From Octopus vulgaris (Eukaryota), in NCBI GenBank assembly GCA_951406725.2, contig OX597821.1, positions 54,250,001 to 54,314,000 of the forward strand: 64,000 nucleotides of DNA. Reading direction: 5' to 3'. A model generated the notes under the pieces. It was not told the origin of the DNA and made no database searches. It saw nothing but the letters and a program-made list of their open reading frames with translations. A program made the position numbers and the translations under genes. Numbering within the stretch: position 1 is the stretch's first letter; every line of letters begins with the position of its first letter. This document shows positions 36,811 to 49,315 of this stretch, piece after piece.

Positions 36811-39271
36811 GCATAATGGTTATCAAGTGGTGCGCCCCCCACCTCACACCTCATATTTATATGACAAGCTTTTACACAGTTTCCATCTTTGAAAGTTTTC
36901 CAAGGCATAGGTTAGCTGGAGCTGAAGTAGAAGAGGTGCCATGTAGTGAGACTGAATCCACAATCACGTGGCTGGAAAACTGGCTACTTTACCACATGTC
37001 CATGACTGCACCTCAAACATGATCTATCAAGAGAGATATCCTAGAGAATAAAACAATTCTTGCAAGTTTAAAGGTTCTCCCTTTGGCTTGTGCCTGATAT
37101 CTTTTGTGTTTTTGTTATTGTTGCTGTTTAGCAGACCTGTGTTCAAAGGTATTTCCTCGTTAGTATTCTTTCATTTGATATAGGGCTGCATTACCTAATA
37201 TGCCCCTTCCTTATTTAAGGAGGCAGTGAAGAATTCAAGGGAAATTTATCTGCTATTTTAACAGGTGGCATATAACTGGTTTTTGTTGGCTCCTAGTTAA
37301 TACTTTGTGTCTATCCTAGATGTGAAAAAGGAGGCTAAATTAATATTGTGCTCAATGACCAGCTGTGAGATCAGAAATATTCCTCTCGTCGTCACTACCA
37401 ATATGCTAATGGCTAAATCTATTATGGATACAAGAAGTATAATTTCCTGCTGAAAATGATGGCAGATTTGTTAGCAGCCATGTGTGATTCAAAGACTTAC
37501 AAGGATGAACTTAATTCCTTCACCTAGGAAAAAGATATATCTTGAATACAGCTGCAGCAGCTGTGCTTCTCATATTCTTGTTACATCAATAGAAGATAAA
37601 TTCCAGATTTACTGACTCAAGTTGTTTATAAAATGATTACCTAGCTTGCTATTAATGATAACAACACCAAGAAAGGTAGCTTAAAATAGGACATTGCTTA
37701 ATAAAGTAAACAACATATACATCTAAATATATGCATACAGAATGTGCTAAGAGTGTAGATTAATAAAATCATGAGAGCATTTTATTTCTCCTCTCTCTTT
37801 ATATTCTGCATTCAAATCCCACTAAGATCAACAATGATTTTCATCTTTTCTAAGGTTGGTAAAATAAAGTAGGCATCCAAGATGGTGAATTGACAGAATT
37901 GGTGGAGCATTGAACTAAATACCTTGAGATATTTACTCTGTTTATTTATGTTCTGAGATCACCAGTGATTACACTGTAGTACACTCGGAGAACATCCGGG
38001 GCATGGAAGAGAAAAACTTACTGAACAGACAACTGCTGATATTTAATAGAAAACCTTGCATGTATACTGAGTAGAGACTATATGAAATGGATTGAAATAG
38101 AGTGGAGATTTATGAGTAGCACAGCTTGGATATACCTACCTCTGATAGTAACCAACCTCATGTTTCATTGATTCTTGAAGGATCAAAAGAAACAGTAATT
38201 TCAGTTTGATAAGAGCACAGAAAAAAAAAACTAAGACTCAAAATTTGTTGAGTGAACACATTGGAGTGTCAATACTTTCTCTCCAGCAACATGACAAACC
38301 TAAATGATCACTCAATCTGCTAGAAATAAAGCCAGATTTCCAACAAATTTTTGGCTACATCTACTTCATACTCAGATAATGTTGGATATAGCTAAGTTAT
38401 CAGTGAAAATACAAATAATTATATTTTTTTAAAAATAAGGAAACTATAACCTAATATTTCAGATACAGAATCTCTATAATCAAATACAGTCTTCACATTC
38501 TATCTATTCAATGAAAAAGTAAATATTAAATAATTCTCAGAACTCTAAATTATTCTACTACTAGGTTAGAGTTTAAAATACATTAATTTTAAAAAGAACA
38601 TATTCTTAATCATACTTCATTTATCAAAACTAAACCATATATCTTATGTGTTTTAAATACATTCATTCACTTAATGCACAGTCTGGCAAAATATTTTCAT
38701 TTATCTTACATGTACAATTAGTGAAAACAGATTTCCAAACACTGCACTACTCTTTGGAAAGCAGATGACATAATGGCTAATGTAATCTTAGGTACAAAAT
38801 ACAAGAGAAAAATAAGGGCTGTTTATAGTGGTCATAGGTCTGTTGCGTCAGGTCTGAACTAACTAAACAGCAGTAACAACTACACTAACCCTCCCTAGAA
38901 TACTGAAATAGTGCCACAAATAAACTGCAATAAGTCTGAAGTAGTTTTGTTATCATGAAAAATACCATCACAGTTTTGGATCAAAATGAGAGTTAAATAA
39001 ATTATTGGGAAACTAGTGATGTTAGCTAGTCACATATTGAAAATGAAAATGGAGGAGAGATTTATCGGATGATTAATGATGTTATATTTCAGGTGAAAGT
39101 AAAATGGTGAGATACACAATCTTTATAACAGAGTAACAAGTGGAAATAAGGGAGAACACATTTCAAACTTAAAATTTCAGTAGTCTTTCATTCTTCATCT
39201 TACACAATACCTTATTGTCTACAGCCTCATATATATATATGTATGTATGTATATATATATATATATATATA

Positions 39272-39702
39272 TAAAGAATAAAATATTTTGAATGGTACAA
39301 CAATGCACTATAATACAAAAAATGGACTATATACCTGTTGTCATTTAGTTATCCATAGTCTGATGATATTTCAGAATAAATTCCCTTTAATTATTCTTAG
39401 CTGGAGTCGCTTCTATAATCGGTTTTCCAACAGCTTTTCTTTTTTCGGAAGCATCTCAGCAGCAGTCTCATGAAGCTCCTTCCGGAATTCCTCATGAGAA
39501 GTGCCTGAGGTCGGCTATGTCTCAATCTCGTGTGTGTTGATACATCTGTAGCACTGCTTCTAAGTTATGTGTTATACGTGCAGCTTCTTTTTTCTTTTGT
39601 CTTTTTTTTTGTTGACTATGGATAACTAAATTACAACAGGTATATCGTCCATTTTTTGTATTATAGGGCATTGTTGTACCATTCAAAACATTTTATTCTT
39701 TA
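39272..39702. mobile_element. 89-bp inverted repeat element between (TA)n tracts (PLE-like architecture)
   Basis: Arms 39272-39360 and 39614-39702 are reverse complements with few mismatches, around a 253-bp spacer. Confidence 0.8.
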
Positions 39703-41076
39703 CAAACAATACACAATGCTTCAAGCGAACTACAATACTCTTGTATATATATATATATATATATATATACTTCACTATCACTAAAAGTGACCAAAGGGTA
39801 CAATGAGTACCAGCATTATTAGAAATAGGAGTAAAAGACTCCTTTGCCACAAAAAGTCACATGTTCTATTTGGATTGTTATTGCACTCTTTGGTCACTTT
39901 TAGTCACAGCGAATTATTTTTTTTTCTCTTAAAATCATTTCTGAGAGTAAAGAGGTACACAAGATACACCTCAACATTTTGTCTTTATATATTCCTGAGT
40001 TCAATTCCTGCTTCATTCACCTTTGGATTTTGTTCTTCTATACATCAGAAGGTTATAAAAAGAGAGTAAAATTCACATATCTGTGATTGGATTGACTCAA
40101 AAAAGTTATATTTTATGAAACATTCACGGAAATACAAGAGAGTATAAGAAATTATTGGTAGAACATTCGATAAAATATTTCAGTATTTAGTTGGAACCGT
40201 TTCTACCTTGATTTTAAATTCCTCTGACATAGATTATAGCTCAGCCAACAAAAAAGGCAAAGTTCTATATATGCATGAAATTATACTAATTGGTAGAGAA
40301 ATATAAGTGCAGCCCACTAGCAAAGAAGCAAATTTGGAGGGAAAACTGATAATTATGGTAAACATGTTATAGATAAGAAGAATGACCCATCAGTATTGTC
40401 TTTGGGATGTAACAGATGGGAACCCTGAATGTGAGACAGAAGTTAGTTGAGATTTTGGAATAGTCTGTTCTCCTCACAAATTTCTTTTTAGAAATGCAAA
40501 AATACACATGGAGTTCTAAACAGTGGTGGTCATGCAACTGAAATTTAAATCCTACTATATATATATATATATATATGCTTATCTATATATACACCTGTTT
40601 GTAAAGTAAGGTTCTTAACCTCCACTCCTAGGTATGGGTATTTGACAATAATTACATAGTATTTTCCAAACATTTTCCACAACCTATAAATATAAACTCT
40701 TTGATTCCCATAACATTATGGTTAGATACGTATACTTAGCTAATATTACTTCCATCATATCATATTACAACTAAAGCAAACAAGCACTCATGCAATTTTC
40801 ACCCCATGCTTCAATCTGTAACTGCCAAAGCTCACCAACTTCTGTTTGGAAGGTTTCTGCTTTTCAGTTCAATGGCTTCATGAGACACCATATGAGTACA
40901 AAAGCCAATAACTTTAAATGAAGATACATGCAACACATGCACACCTTAAAGTTGAGAGACAGGGGAAACTGATGTCACAAGAATCATGGTAACAGTTTCC
41001 TAAACATTACATGGAATATCTCTGACATGGTTTCTCCTTCCTCACTTAGATTTCATAATTGCAAAACTTGCTATTA

Positions 41077-41884
41077 CACTGGTCATCACAAGTTTTGGTA
41101 CAAAACATGCTGGTGCTGATTCCAAAAATGACCTTAATTTTTCATGGTTAGCTACTGTTTTTTGCTGTACTGAAATTGCTCATTTTTGGAAAATAGATCA
41201 ATTTATGATCTTGGATGATCACAAAATTTAGTTAAAAAAGTTAGTAGAAACTCATGAATTTTCAGGTAGGCCAAGCAATTTATGTCACCCACCTAAATAA
41301 ACTATTTTTATATGCAATGATGTTAAGAGCATTCTTCTTCGACTAGGTACCCACAAATATGATCCTGATGAATGAAGATTGTTCAAACGTGGCTGACTAG
41401 TGTTGGAGTATCAAAATGGACTTAAGTAGCATTGAACATGACAGACAATCAAGAAAAAAAATTTTACCATAATTCTTATGTTCACAAAGGTTTTAATTCT
41501 GCTGTTAGTTTATTTAATGATTTGATGAAAATACTTGTTGGTCTTGGTATATTTAATCATGTTATTTTTAATGATTTAGGGTCTGATTGTTATTTCAAAA
41601 ATATTTTTTCTCAAGCAGACCAATATTTGTTGGTTTAAATTCGAATTGGGAGGTTTCTATGATTTTACTTTGGGAAATGTTGCCATCGATCAATATCAAA
41701 TATACAGAAAACAAATGAAAAATATGATTTTTTTTTTACAAAAGTGAAGCACTTTCTGTATAGCAAAAACAGTAGCTAACCAAGAAAAAGTAAGGTTATT
41801 TTCAGATTCAGCACCCTCAAATTAGATAAAAAAGATGTTTGGTGTTTCGACACAATTTCAAAAAATTTCTTTTGTTGACCAGTG
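41077..41884 (+). mobile_element. Chapaev3-like (CMC) DNA transposon, internally deleted
   Basis: Termini CACTGGTCA...TGACCAGTG flanked by a 3-bp TTA duplication, subterminal inverted motif GGTGCTGATTCCAAAAAT/ATTTTCAGATTCAGCACC, and residual peptide HKYDPDE*RLF. Confidence 0.7.
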
Positions 41885-42682
41885 TTATGTGAGAATGTAT
41901 ATATTACAGCAGCCTGTAGTATCTTTCAATTAACAGAAAAAAACTTATATATCCTATTGTTGTCACTTGAGATACACTTTGTTGATGAATTCAAGCTACA
42001 AGCTACTGACAACCTAGAAATAACATGTTAGACCAAGTTATCTCATGCACTATAGCAGGTTGCATAATCCCTGTTGCCTGTAGAAAAATTACAGCCTGCT
42101 ATCATCTGGCAACTATGCATATCTTGTAAACTCATATGTACCCTGATGCCATCAAACCAATTACTTTTCCATGAAATGTCCCATCCTACTGAATAACAAG
42201 TGAGACCAACATTCTGTCTGCCTCACCACATGTAAGATACTGTGAAAAAACTTGTGTTGCCAAGACATTTAAAACATCCACATAAGCTTAAATGACTGAT
42301 GAAGGCCTAGATATTCTCAGTTAGAAACCGTTTTCAGTTTTTTCAAAATTTCTCAAAAACTCTGACTCAGAATGGCCGGTGATGTGAATGTGTTCTACAC
42401 TCACAAAACTTCAAGTAATGTGGAGCTGAGTCAATGGGTTATAAATAAATAGACATATAGAGATGGGCATATGTAAGTGTGTGTGTGTGTGCATATATGA
42501 GTGTCTGTGTGTTTGTGTGTGTGTATGTGTGTGTCTGTGCTTGTGTGTTTCTGTTATATGTATAAATGCATATATTTATTGTGCATTTTATACCATATTA
42601 CTGCATTCTAATTAATTTTATATATCTTAAATGTATCTCTATGTGCTATGCTTGTGCTGCATATGTAGCAAATAAATTATTA

Positions 42683-42714
<32 letters not shown>

Positions 42715-43419
42715 GTTGTTGTTGTAGATATTGGTTGTGGTCGTGGTGATGGTGGTGGTCGTGGTGGTGTTTTTGTTGTATGGGGAAGGGAACAGAGGAC
42801 TGAGTCAAAGCTTCATAAATAGAGTAATGTGTAGTTGTATTACATTATGAAAAGAAAGACAAAGATTTCTTTATTCCACTTTTACTATTGGAAGGTTTTT
42901 CTGGTTTGTTTGAGGTACTACCCCATTATTCAGAAGAAAGGTATATCTTTAGGATATTTTTAACTATTTACATAGTTTTGGTGTATCATTATTCGCAATA
43001 TTTACACAGATTGTTAGGTAGCCATCTCAGTGGTAGCAGGAAGAGTTATCTGCCACGGTGATGGCCGCAGTAGTCTAAATAATGTAATTAAACACATCTC
43101 CAGTTAATAAAAAAATGGAATTTAAAAGAAAGTCGTACAATGGAATGATCAAAGAGAGTTTCAAGGTTAAACATTTTCAATTGTACAATGGAAAACACTA
43201 AATAGAATAGTGTTGGAAACGTTAATTTGAATAGAAAAAGAAGAATGTTCAACAACAATTACAACAATAGCATTCCATCTTCTGCAGACATTGTTGGTCA
43301 AACGGAATAATTCATCTTTAGCTAATTTGAGGCAAATGAGAAAGAGAGGTTGAGATATGTCACAAAAGAGAGAACCTCATTACCTGTTGAATTTAGCCAA
43401 GGAAAGCTACATAAGTTTA

Positions 43420-44150
43420 CTTTACAAAGAGGATTTCATATGTCCTTGAAAAGGAAGCTGGAAGAAGCCCTAGTCAATGTGCATTATGACGTGGGTTTAT
43501 GATGAGGCAAGGTGTATGGAGCCATGCCTGGTATTTAAGTCTAATAATCATGCAATTATGTCTAATAATAGAGCTGGTGCCCCACACACCTACCCACAGA
43601 TGGAGATCTTAGTATGTGAGTACCAAGAATACAAGGAACATGACCAAAGGTTGGCTGGGCCCAGTCTTTCTTTCTCCACTTTATTTTCAGCAGTATCCCA
43701 ACAATTTCTTTACTCCTTTCTAGTCCCAAAATTTCCTAATCTCTGCAATACAAAGGAGTGGTATAGTAGTTCATAATCTCTGGCTAGTTCTGTGCTTAGT
43801 GTTCTGTTAAATAGTGGTATTGAAGGCACTGAGAATAAAAAGAACATATTTTCTTCTACTCTGGCTATGTTAAAAGCTGTGATTAGTGCTGTAATAGAAA
43901 CAGTGATAGCAGTAAGTATGGGCTTCACTTTTGAGAATAACTATTTTCTTTTCTTGTTTGCACACTTTGCTATAGTAAGGGCATGTGGAGACTGCACAGG
44001 TGACTGACAATCCTGTGTGGTAAGGTTTGGTTTGCAAGAAATTGTAGGTCTTGATAATCAGTGATGTCCACAAACTGTATTCTATTCATAAAGGAGAGAA
44101 GAAATCTCCCAGTCTGGAGAGGCAGAGCAGAATAACCAGTTACTACACAT
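43420..44150 (-). mobile_element. very degenerate LINE remnant (CR1/Jockey-like?)
   Basis: Weak resemblance of minus-strand translations to LINE thumb-domain motifs. No intact motif. Confidence 0.25.
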
Positions 44151-45242
44151 GCAGTATAGTAAGGCACTTGAGAGCCTTTTTTCCCCCCGAAGAAGAAGGA
44201 AAGGAAAGGAAAAGAAAAGAGATCAATAGACAGCAGCATCAACAATAGCAGACACCAGAGGCTAAGACCATGGCACTGATTACTAGCATTTCTGGAGCAT
44301 GGTCAGAGAGAAAGCAAACAAATCCTCTCCTCTCATCTCATCCTCATTGCGATATAGTTTTGATGATACTGTGCCCCAATAAAACAAGACGCCCAGTACT
44401 GGCTAGAAGCTATGGGAAACAGTAACAGTCCATCATCTGGCAGAGAGGGGAGGTGATGGTGACTGGAGATGGACAGTGAAAGCAGTAAGGAGACTAGAAA
44501 AAGAAAGTAGCAAGTAAAAAGACTTTGTGTAGATGTAAACAATTTCAATGCTGCTGTGGCATTTGAATGCTCTTAAAAGAGTTTCATTATAAGGTACAAT
44601 CCATTTCTTGCTTGTTTTTCCTATCTTATAAGCTTCAGCTCTTCCCATTGCAACTGATCTTCATCTATAAAGAGGTAATCTCCCTGTTTTTCTACCTTTT
44701 GATTAAGATGATAAAGATTAATAGTTTGAGTGGTTGTATAATGTCAACATAACGTGACAGTCCTGTAAAGGGAATCACACCACCACTATATAGCCCTAGG
44801 AAGCATCGACGCTTCCTGTCGGCTTTGACACATTTCCTGTGTCTTTATATTTGCAGAGGAGAGGCAAGCACCACCCCCACCAGCTAGGACCAGCAACCTG
44901 AAAATTCAATATTTCTGATTAATATCTTATTTTAAATAAAGCAGTAATTTTCCCTTCTAAGGAAAAAATAAATCAAGTACCTGTGATTCAAAAATATCTC
45001 ATAAAAATATGGGAAGAATTTCTATTTTTCAAGTCCATGGTACTCGTATAAATGATTAAGGGTAAAAAAAGAAAGGTAAGAAAAAAGGACAGACAGTGGT
45101 ATTAGACATGACTCTTTGAAGTGTCAACATTTTCAACTTTATTTTTTTCGTCTTCAAGTGGGAAATGATTATTTTATTTGTAATTTTTATCATCTTAATC
45201 AAATAGCAAGAAAACAGACAAACTTTGAGTGTGAGTATGATA

Positions 45243-45442
45243 CTCTTTCACTCTTTTACTTGTTTCAGTCATTTGACTGTGGCCATGCTGGAGTACCGCC
45301 TTTATTCGCGCAAATCGACCCCAGGATTTATTCTTTGTAAGCCTAGTACTCATTCTATTGGTCTCTTTTGCCGAACCACTAAGTTACGGGGACGTAAACA
45401 CAACAGGTGATTTGGGGGGGACAAACAGACACACAAACATAT

Positions 45443-45485
<43 letters not shown>

Positions 45486-45643
45486 TGACGGGCTTCTTTC
45501 AGTTTCCGTCTACCAAATCCACTCACAAGTCTTTGGTCAGCCCGAGGTTATAGTAGAAGACACTTTCCCATGGCCTCATGCAGAGGGACTGAACCTGGAA
45601 CCATGTGGTTGGTAAGCAAGCTACTTACCACACAGCCACTCCT
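45243..45643 (-). mobile_element. SINE family A, full length
   Basis: Minus-strand head GGAGTGGCTGTGTGGTAAGTAGCTTGC, B box GGTTCAGTCCC, central (TA)/(GT) tract, tail GACTGAAACAAGTAAAAGAG. Confidence 0.85.
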
Positions 45644-45659
45644 TAATATAGATATATAA

Positions 45660-46045
45660 GTGCAGGCATGGCTGTATGGCAAGAAGCTTGCTTCCCAATC
45701 ACTGGGTTCCAGATTCAGTCTCACTGTGTGACACCTTGGGCCTTGTGAGTAGATTTGGTAGATAAAAACTAAAAGAAGACTATGTGTGTGTGTGTATGTG
45801 TGTGTGTGTGGGGGGTGTATTTGTGTGTGTGTGTCTTTGTGTTTGTCCTCCCACTATCGCTTGACAACCAATATTGGTATGTTTATTTCTCCCATAAATT
45901 AATGGTTTGGCAAAAGATATTGATAGAATAAGTACTAGGCTTACAAAGAATAAAATCTGGAGTCAATTTCTTTGACTAAAATCCTTTAAGATGGTGCTCT
46001 AACTTGGCTGCAGTCAAATGATTGAAATTTATAAAAGTATAAAAG
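45660..46045 (+). mobile_element. SINE family A
   Basis: GCAGGCATGGCTGTATGGCAAGAAGCTTGCT...GATTCAGTCTC...GGCTTACAAAGAATAA...GCAGTCAAATGA. Confidence 0.8.
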
Positions 46046-46094
<49 letters not shown>

Positions 46095-46224
46095 CTATAT
46101 ATACATTCATTTTATTTTTTTCCCTTTTCTTTGATATATTTTCTATTGCATATATAAGCACTTCTGACAATGAAGAAATTCTCCTTCTTCTTCTTCTTCT
46201 TCTTATTATTATTATTATTATTAT

Positions 46225-46830
46225 TGAGTGAGAGAGAAGTGCATGCCATCTAAGTGACACGGTAAAATATATGAAGTCCAGTATACCCATCATGACTACC
46301 CATCTGATAAGGGTACACTGGGCACATGCATCACAACCATATGTGTGCAACATGGTGATCTCATATCAAGATAAACAGCACATAACCTTGCAGGTGGGGC
46401 CCAGTTAGAATTTTCTTCAGGTCCAGTAACCCATCCCGCTCAAAAGGTCCCTGAATAAGGGATGTTTAAGGATGTTGAACAAAACACCCATGTTTGCAGA
46501 GGTGAATTATTCAAACCTCAAAGAAACCCTCTCAACACATGGCTATGATGCTCCCCCACTACTTCTGTTCATGACCAGAGATGCACATATTGTCAGCCAC
46601 TAAGGGACATGCTCAACTGGTTAAAGTCAAACAACTGACAAGCAAATCTGTGGTATTGAGCAGAATATTTGCTGTAGCCCATCTTTTATACCAAGACAAA
46701 ACATGTACATGATAACACTTTAAATCATTTAAGGTCAAAAGCCATGAGAGCCATTGCCTTGGTCCTGAATCGTGGAAAAGATACTGCATCAGGGAAAAAA
46801 TTACTGCATCAGGGCAGTACTGTTATTTTT
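46225..46830 (-). mobile_element. probable non-LTR element 3' UTR abutting (TAA)n
   Basis: A unique ~600-bp segment starts exactly at the end of an (ATT)n tract, in the same arrangement as the adjacent Dong-like 3' ends. Confidence 0.4.
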
Positions 46831-47046
46831 TTTTCTTCCTTCTTTCTTCAAATTTTCTCCTATTTCTCGCTGAGTGTTTTCCGTACACCTAGGGCAGAGA
46901 AGCTCATTGTATGCATTCCCAGATTACACATGCAAATTCACAGATAAAATGTGTATATTAAAAAATTAATAGATAAATAAATTCATAAATGGATGTTGTT
47001 TTCACAGCGATAATGCTCTTCTCAGTACATGTATCATCCCAGTTAA
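46831..47046 (-). mobile_element. R4/Dong-type extreme 3' fragment
   Basis: Minus strand LTGMIHVLRRALSL* matches the C-terminus GTEHILRRTLSIQ* of the neighbouring copy. Bounded by (TAA)n. Confidence 0.6.
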
Positions 47047-47047
47047 C

Positions 47048-47107
<60 letters not shown>

Positions 47108-47155
47108 TATTATTATTATTACTATTATTATTATTATTATCATAATTATTATTAC

Positions 47156-47210
<55 letters not shown>
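47047..47210. repeat. (ATT)n microsatellite
   Basis: Read directly from the sequence. Confidence 0.95.
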
Positions 47211-47213
<3 letters not shown>

Positions 47214-48010
47214 TAGTTTTATTTTTATAGCGTGCTTTCACTTCACTACCGAGCGCAGCTCTGTGTGCCTTGGGTATGTGCTGTGATTTGTTGTGATGCT
47301 CTGATGGTTATTGTATGGAAAGTGTTCTGCGTAGGATGTGTTCAGTGCCTAGTAGTGCAATTTTCTGTATGTTATATGTGTTTGTAAGTCCTGGTGTTTT
47401 TGTTATGTATTTGTCTGAATATTTTTTTATCATGCCTAATGCACCTACTATGATAGGAATTGTTTCTGTTTTCAGATTCCACATTCTAGTTACCTCTATT
47501 TCCAGGTCTTTGTATTTTGAGAGTTTCTCCATTTCTTTTAGAGACACGTTGTCATCAGCCGGTATTGATACATCAATTAGAAAGCATTTTTTTCTTCATG
47601 ATCTCTGACAACTATATCTGGTCTGTTGGCCTTAATTTCTCTATCTGTGTGTATCGGCATATCCCAGAGTATGGTTGCTTTCTCGTTTTCTGTGACCTTT
47701 TCTGGTGTGTGCCTATACCATCTTTTTTCTGTCGTTATTCCATAATGTTGGCATAGCTTCCAATGTATGTAGGTTCCAACTCTGTCATGTCTGTGAATAT
47801 ATTCCTTCTTAGCCAGGACTGGGCAGCTAGAGATAATATGATTTATTGTTTCTTGTCCATCTCCACATATTCTGCAGTTACTTGTAATATTTCTTTTCAT
47901 TACATGTTTTTGGTAATTTCTGGTGGGGAGGCTTTGGTCTTGTGCTGCAATTAAAAATCCCTCTGTTTCTGCTTTGAGTCCTGAGCTTCTCAACCAATAA
48001 GCTTCTCAGC

Positions 48011-48011
<1 letters not shown>
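47211..48011 (-). mobile_element. R4/Dong-clade non-LTR retrotransposon, 5'-truncated (CCHC plus RLE domain)
   Basis: AAQDQSLPTRNY, CRICGDGQETINHIISSC (CCHC), RHD, RPDIV...LIDVSIP...EKLSKY (PD-(D/E)xK) and IIVGALG, with one frameshift near 47590. (TAA)n on both sides. Confidence 0.92.
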
Positions 48012-48065
<54 letters not shown>

Positions 48066-48099
48066 TATTATTATTATTATTATTATTATTTTATTATTA

Positions 48100-48313
48100 A
48101 GGTGTTGAACTGGCAGAATCATTAACATGTCGGTCAAAATGCTTAGCATCATTTGATCCATTTTTATGTTCTAACTTCAAATTCCACTACGGTTGACTTT
48201 GCCTTTCATTCTTTTTGGGACCAATAAGATAAGTACCAGTTGAACACTGGAGTTGATGTAATTGAATTATCCCTCTTCAGAAATTGGTGTCCTTGAACCA
48301 AAATTTGAAACCA
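48100..48313 (+). mobile_element. SINE family B within (ATT)n
   Basis: TGGCAGAATC...TTCAAATTCC...GCCTTTCATTC...AAAATTTGAAACC-(ATT)n. Confidence 0.75.
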
Positions 48314-49094
48314 TTATTATTGTTGTTGTTGTTGTTGCTGTTTTACAATAAGAAGAGTTCAATATGATGTGTAGTAAATAGAGATTGAGTCTGTTTATTA
48401 AAGTGAGCAATATTTTTAATAATATGTCTGTCTTCCTCAGGTTTAAAATGAGAAATAAAAACCACACAAATATAGACAGAAATTCAAAATTTGAACAAGA
48501 ATATCCTATTTTCGTTTCAAGACAAAAAAGACGTCATCAAACTTCACTTGTTCATAACAGGTAACAAGGGAAAAGGAAAAATATGAAGAAGAAAAAAGGA
48601 AGAAAGCAGGAAAGAAAATACTTTGTCAAAAAGTTTTGTGTAAATGCATTGGAATTCTCTTGCCATTTTGTTCATTCCTTCAGGGCATGATGCTAGTAAC
48701 TCACAAATATATTTATCCTCCTGTGTTTTGGGGACTGAAAGTGCATAGAAGCTGGAATATTTTCTGAAAACATGTACTTTCAGATGTTCCTCAACTTTAC
48801 ACTGTTTGATGAGAATGTTCAGAAAGTTCCATGAATTACTCTTGTTATGCCTGGTGCATACCTTCATCCACTGAATCTTTGATTTAATTTTTTTATATTG
48901 TGCAACCAACATGCATCAAGGTGTGTTCAGTGTATTAGGTTGCATACAACTAAATGGAAAACATTATGGGTCATATTTCCTGTATAAGTCTTAACATTTC
49001 TGTCATAATTTGTGATGGAGTTGATCTGACTCATAGTGATGCACAATGAAAGGATTTGCCTCTCGTGCTGATTATAGCAGTCAAAGTAAATATA

Positions 49095-49315
49095 TGAGGG
49101 GGTGCTAAAAAGTTCCAGACTTTGTTTGAGTATATCAAGAAAGGCTTGGCTGGAGGTCCAACCTTTGTGAGTTCTTTTACAGAGCTTAGATAAACTGAAG
49201 GACCATGGCAATAAGTGTGTGAATCTGAAGAGGGGAATATGTTAAGTAAAATTGCAATTAACTGATCCCCCTGTTTTCTTCTACCCAATGCCAGAAACTT
49301 TTTAGCACCCCCTCT
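49095..49315. mobile_element. Tc1/mariner-type MITE
   Basis: TIR GAGGGGGTGCTAAAAAGTT / AACTTTTTAGCACCCCCTC with TA on each side. Confidence 0.85.

Noticed and set aside
48544-48912. 122-aa ORF as a host exon
   Set aside because: No clear splice sites or domain. It loosely resembles a decayed L1/Tx1 ORF2 linker, but the support is too weak to call either way.
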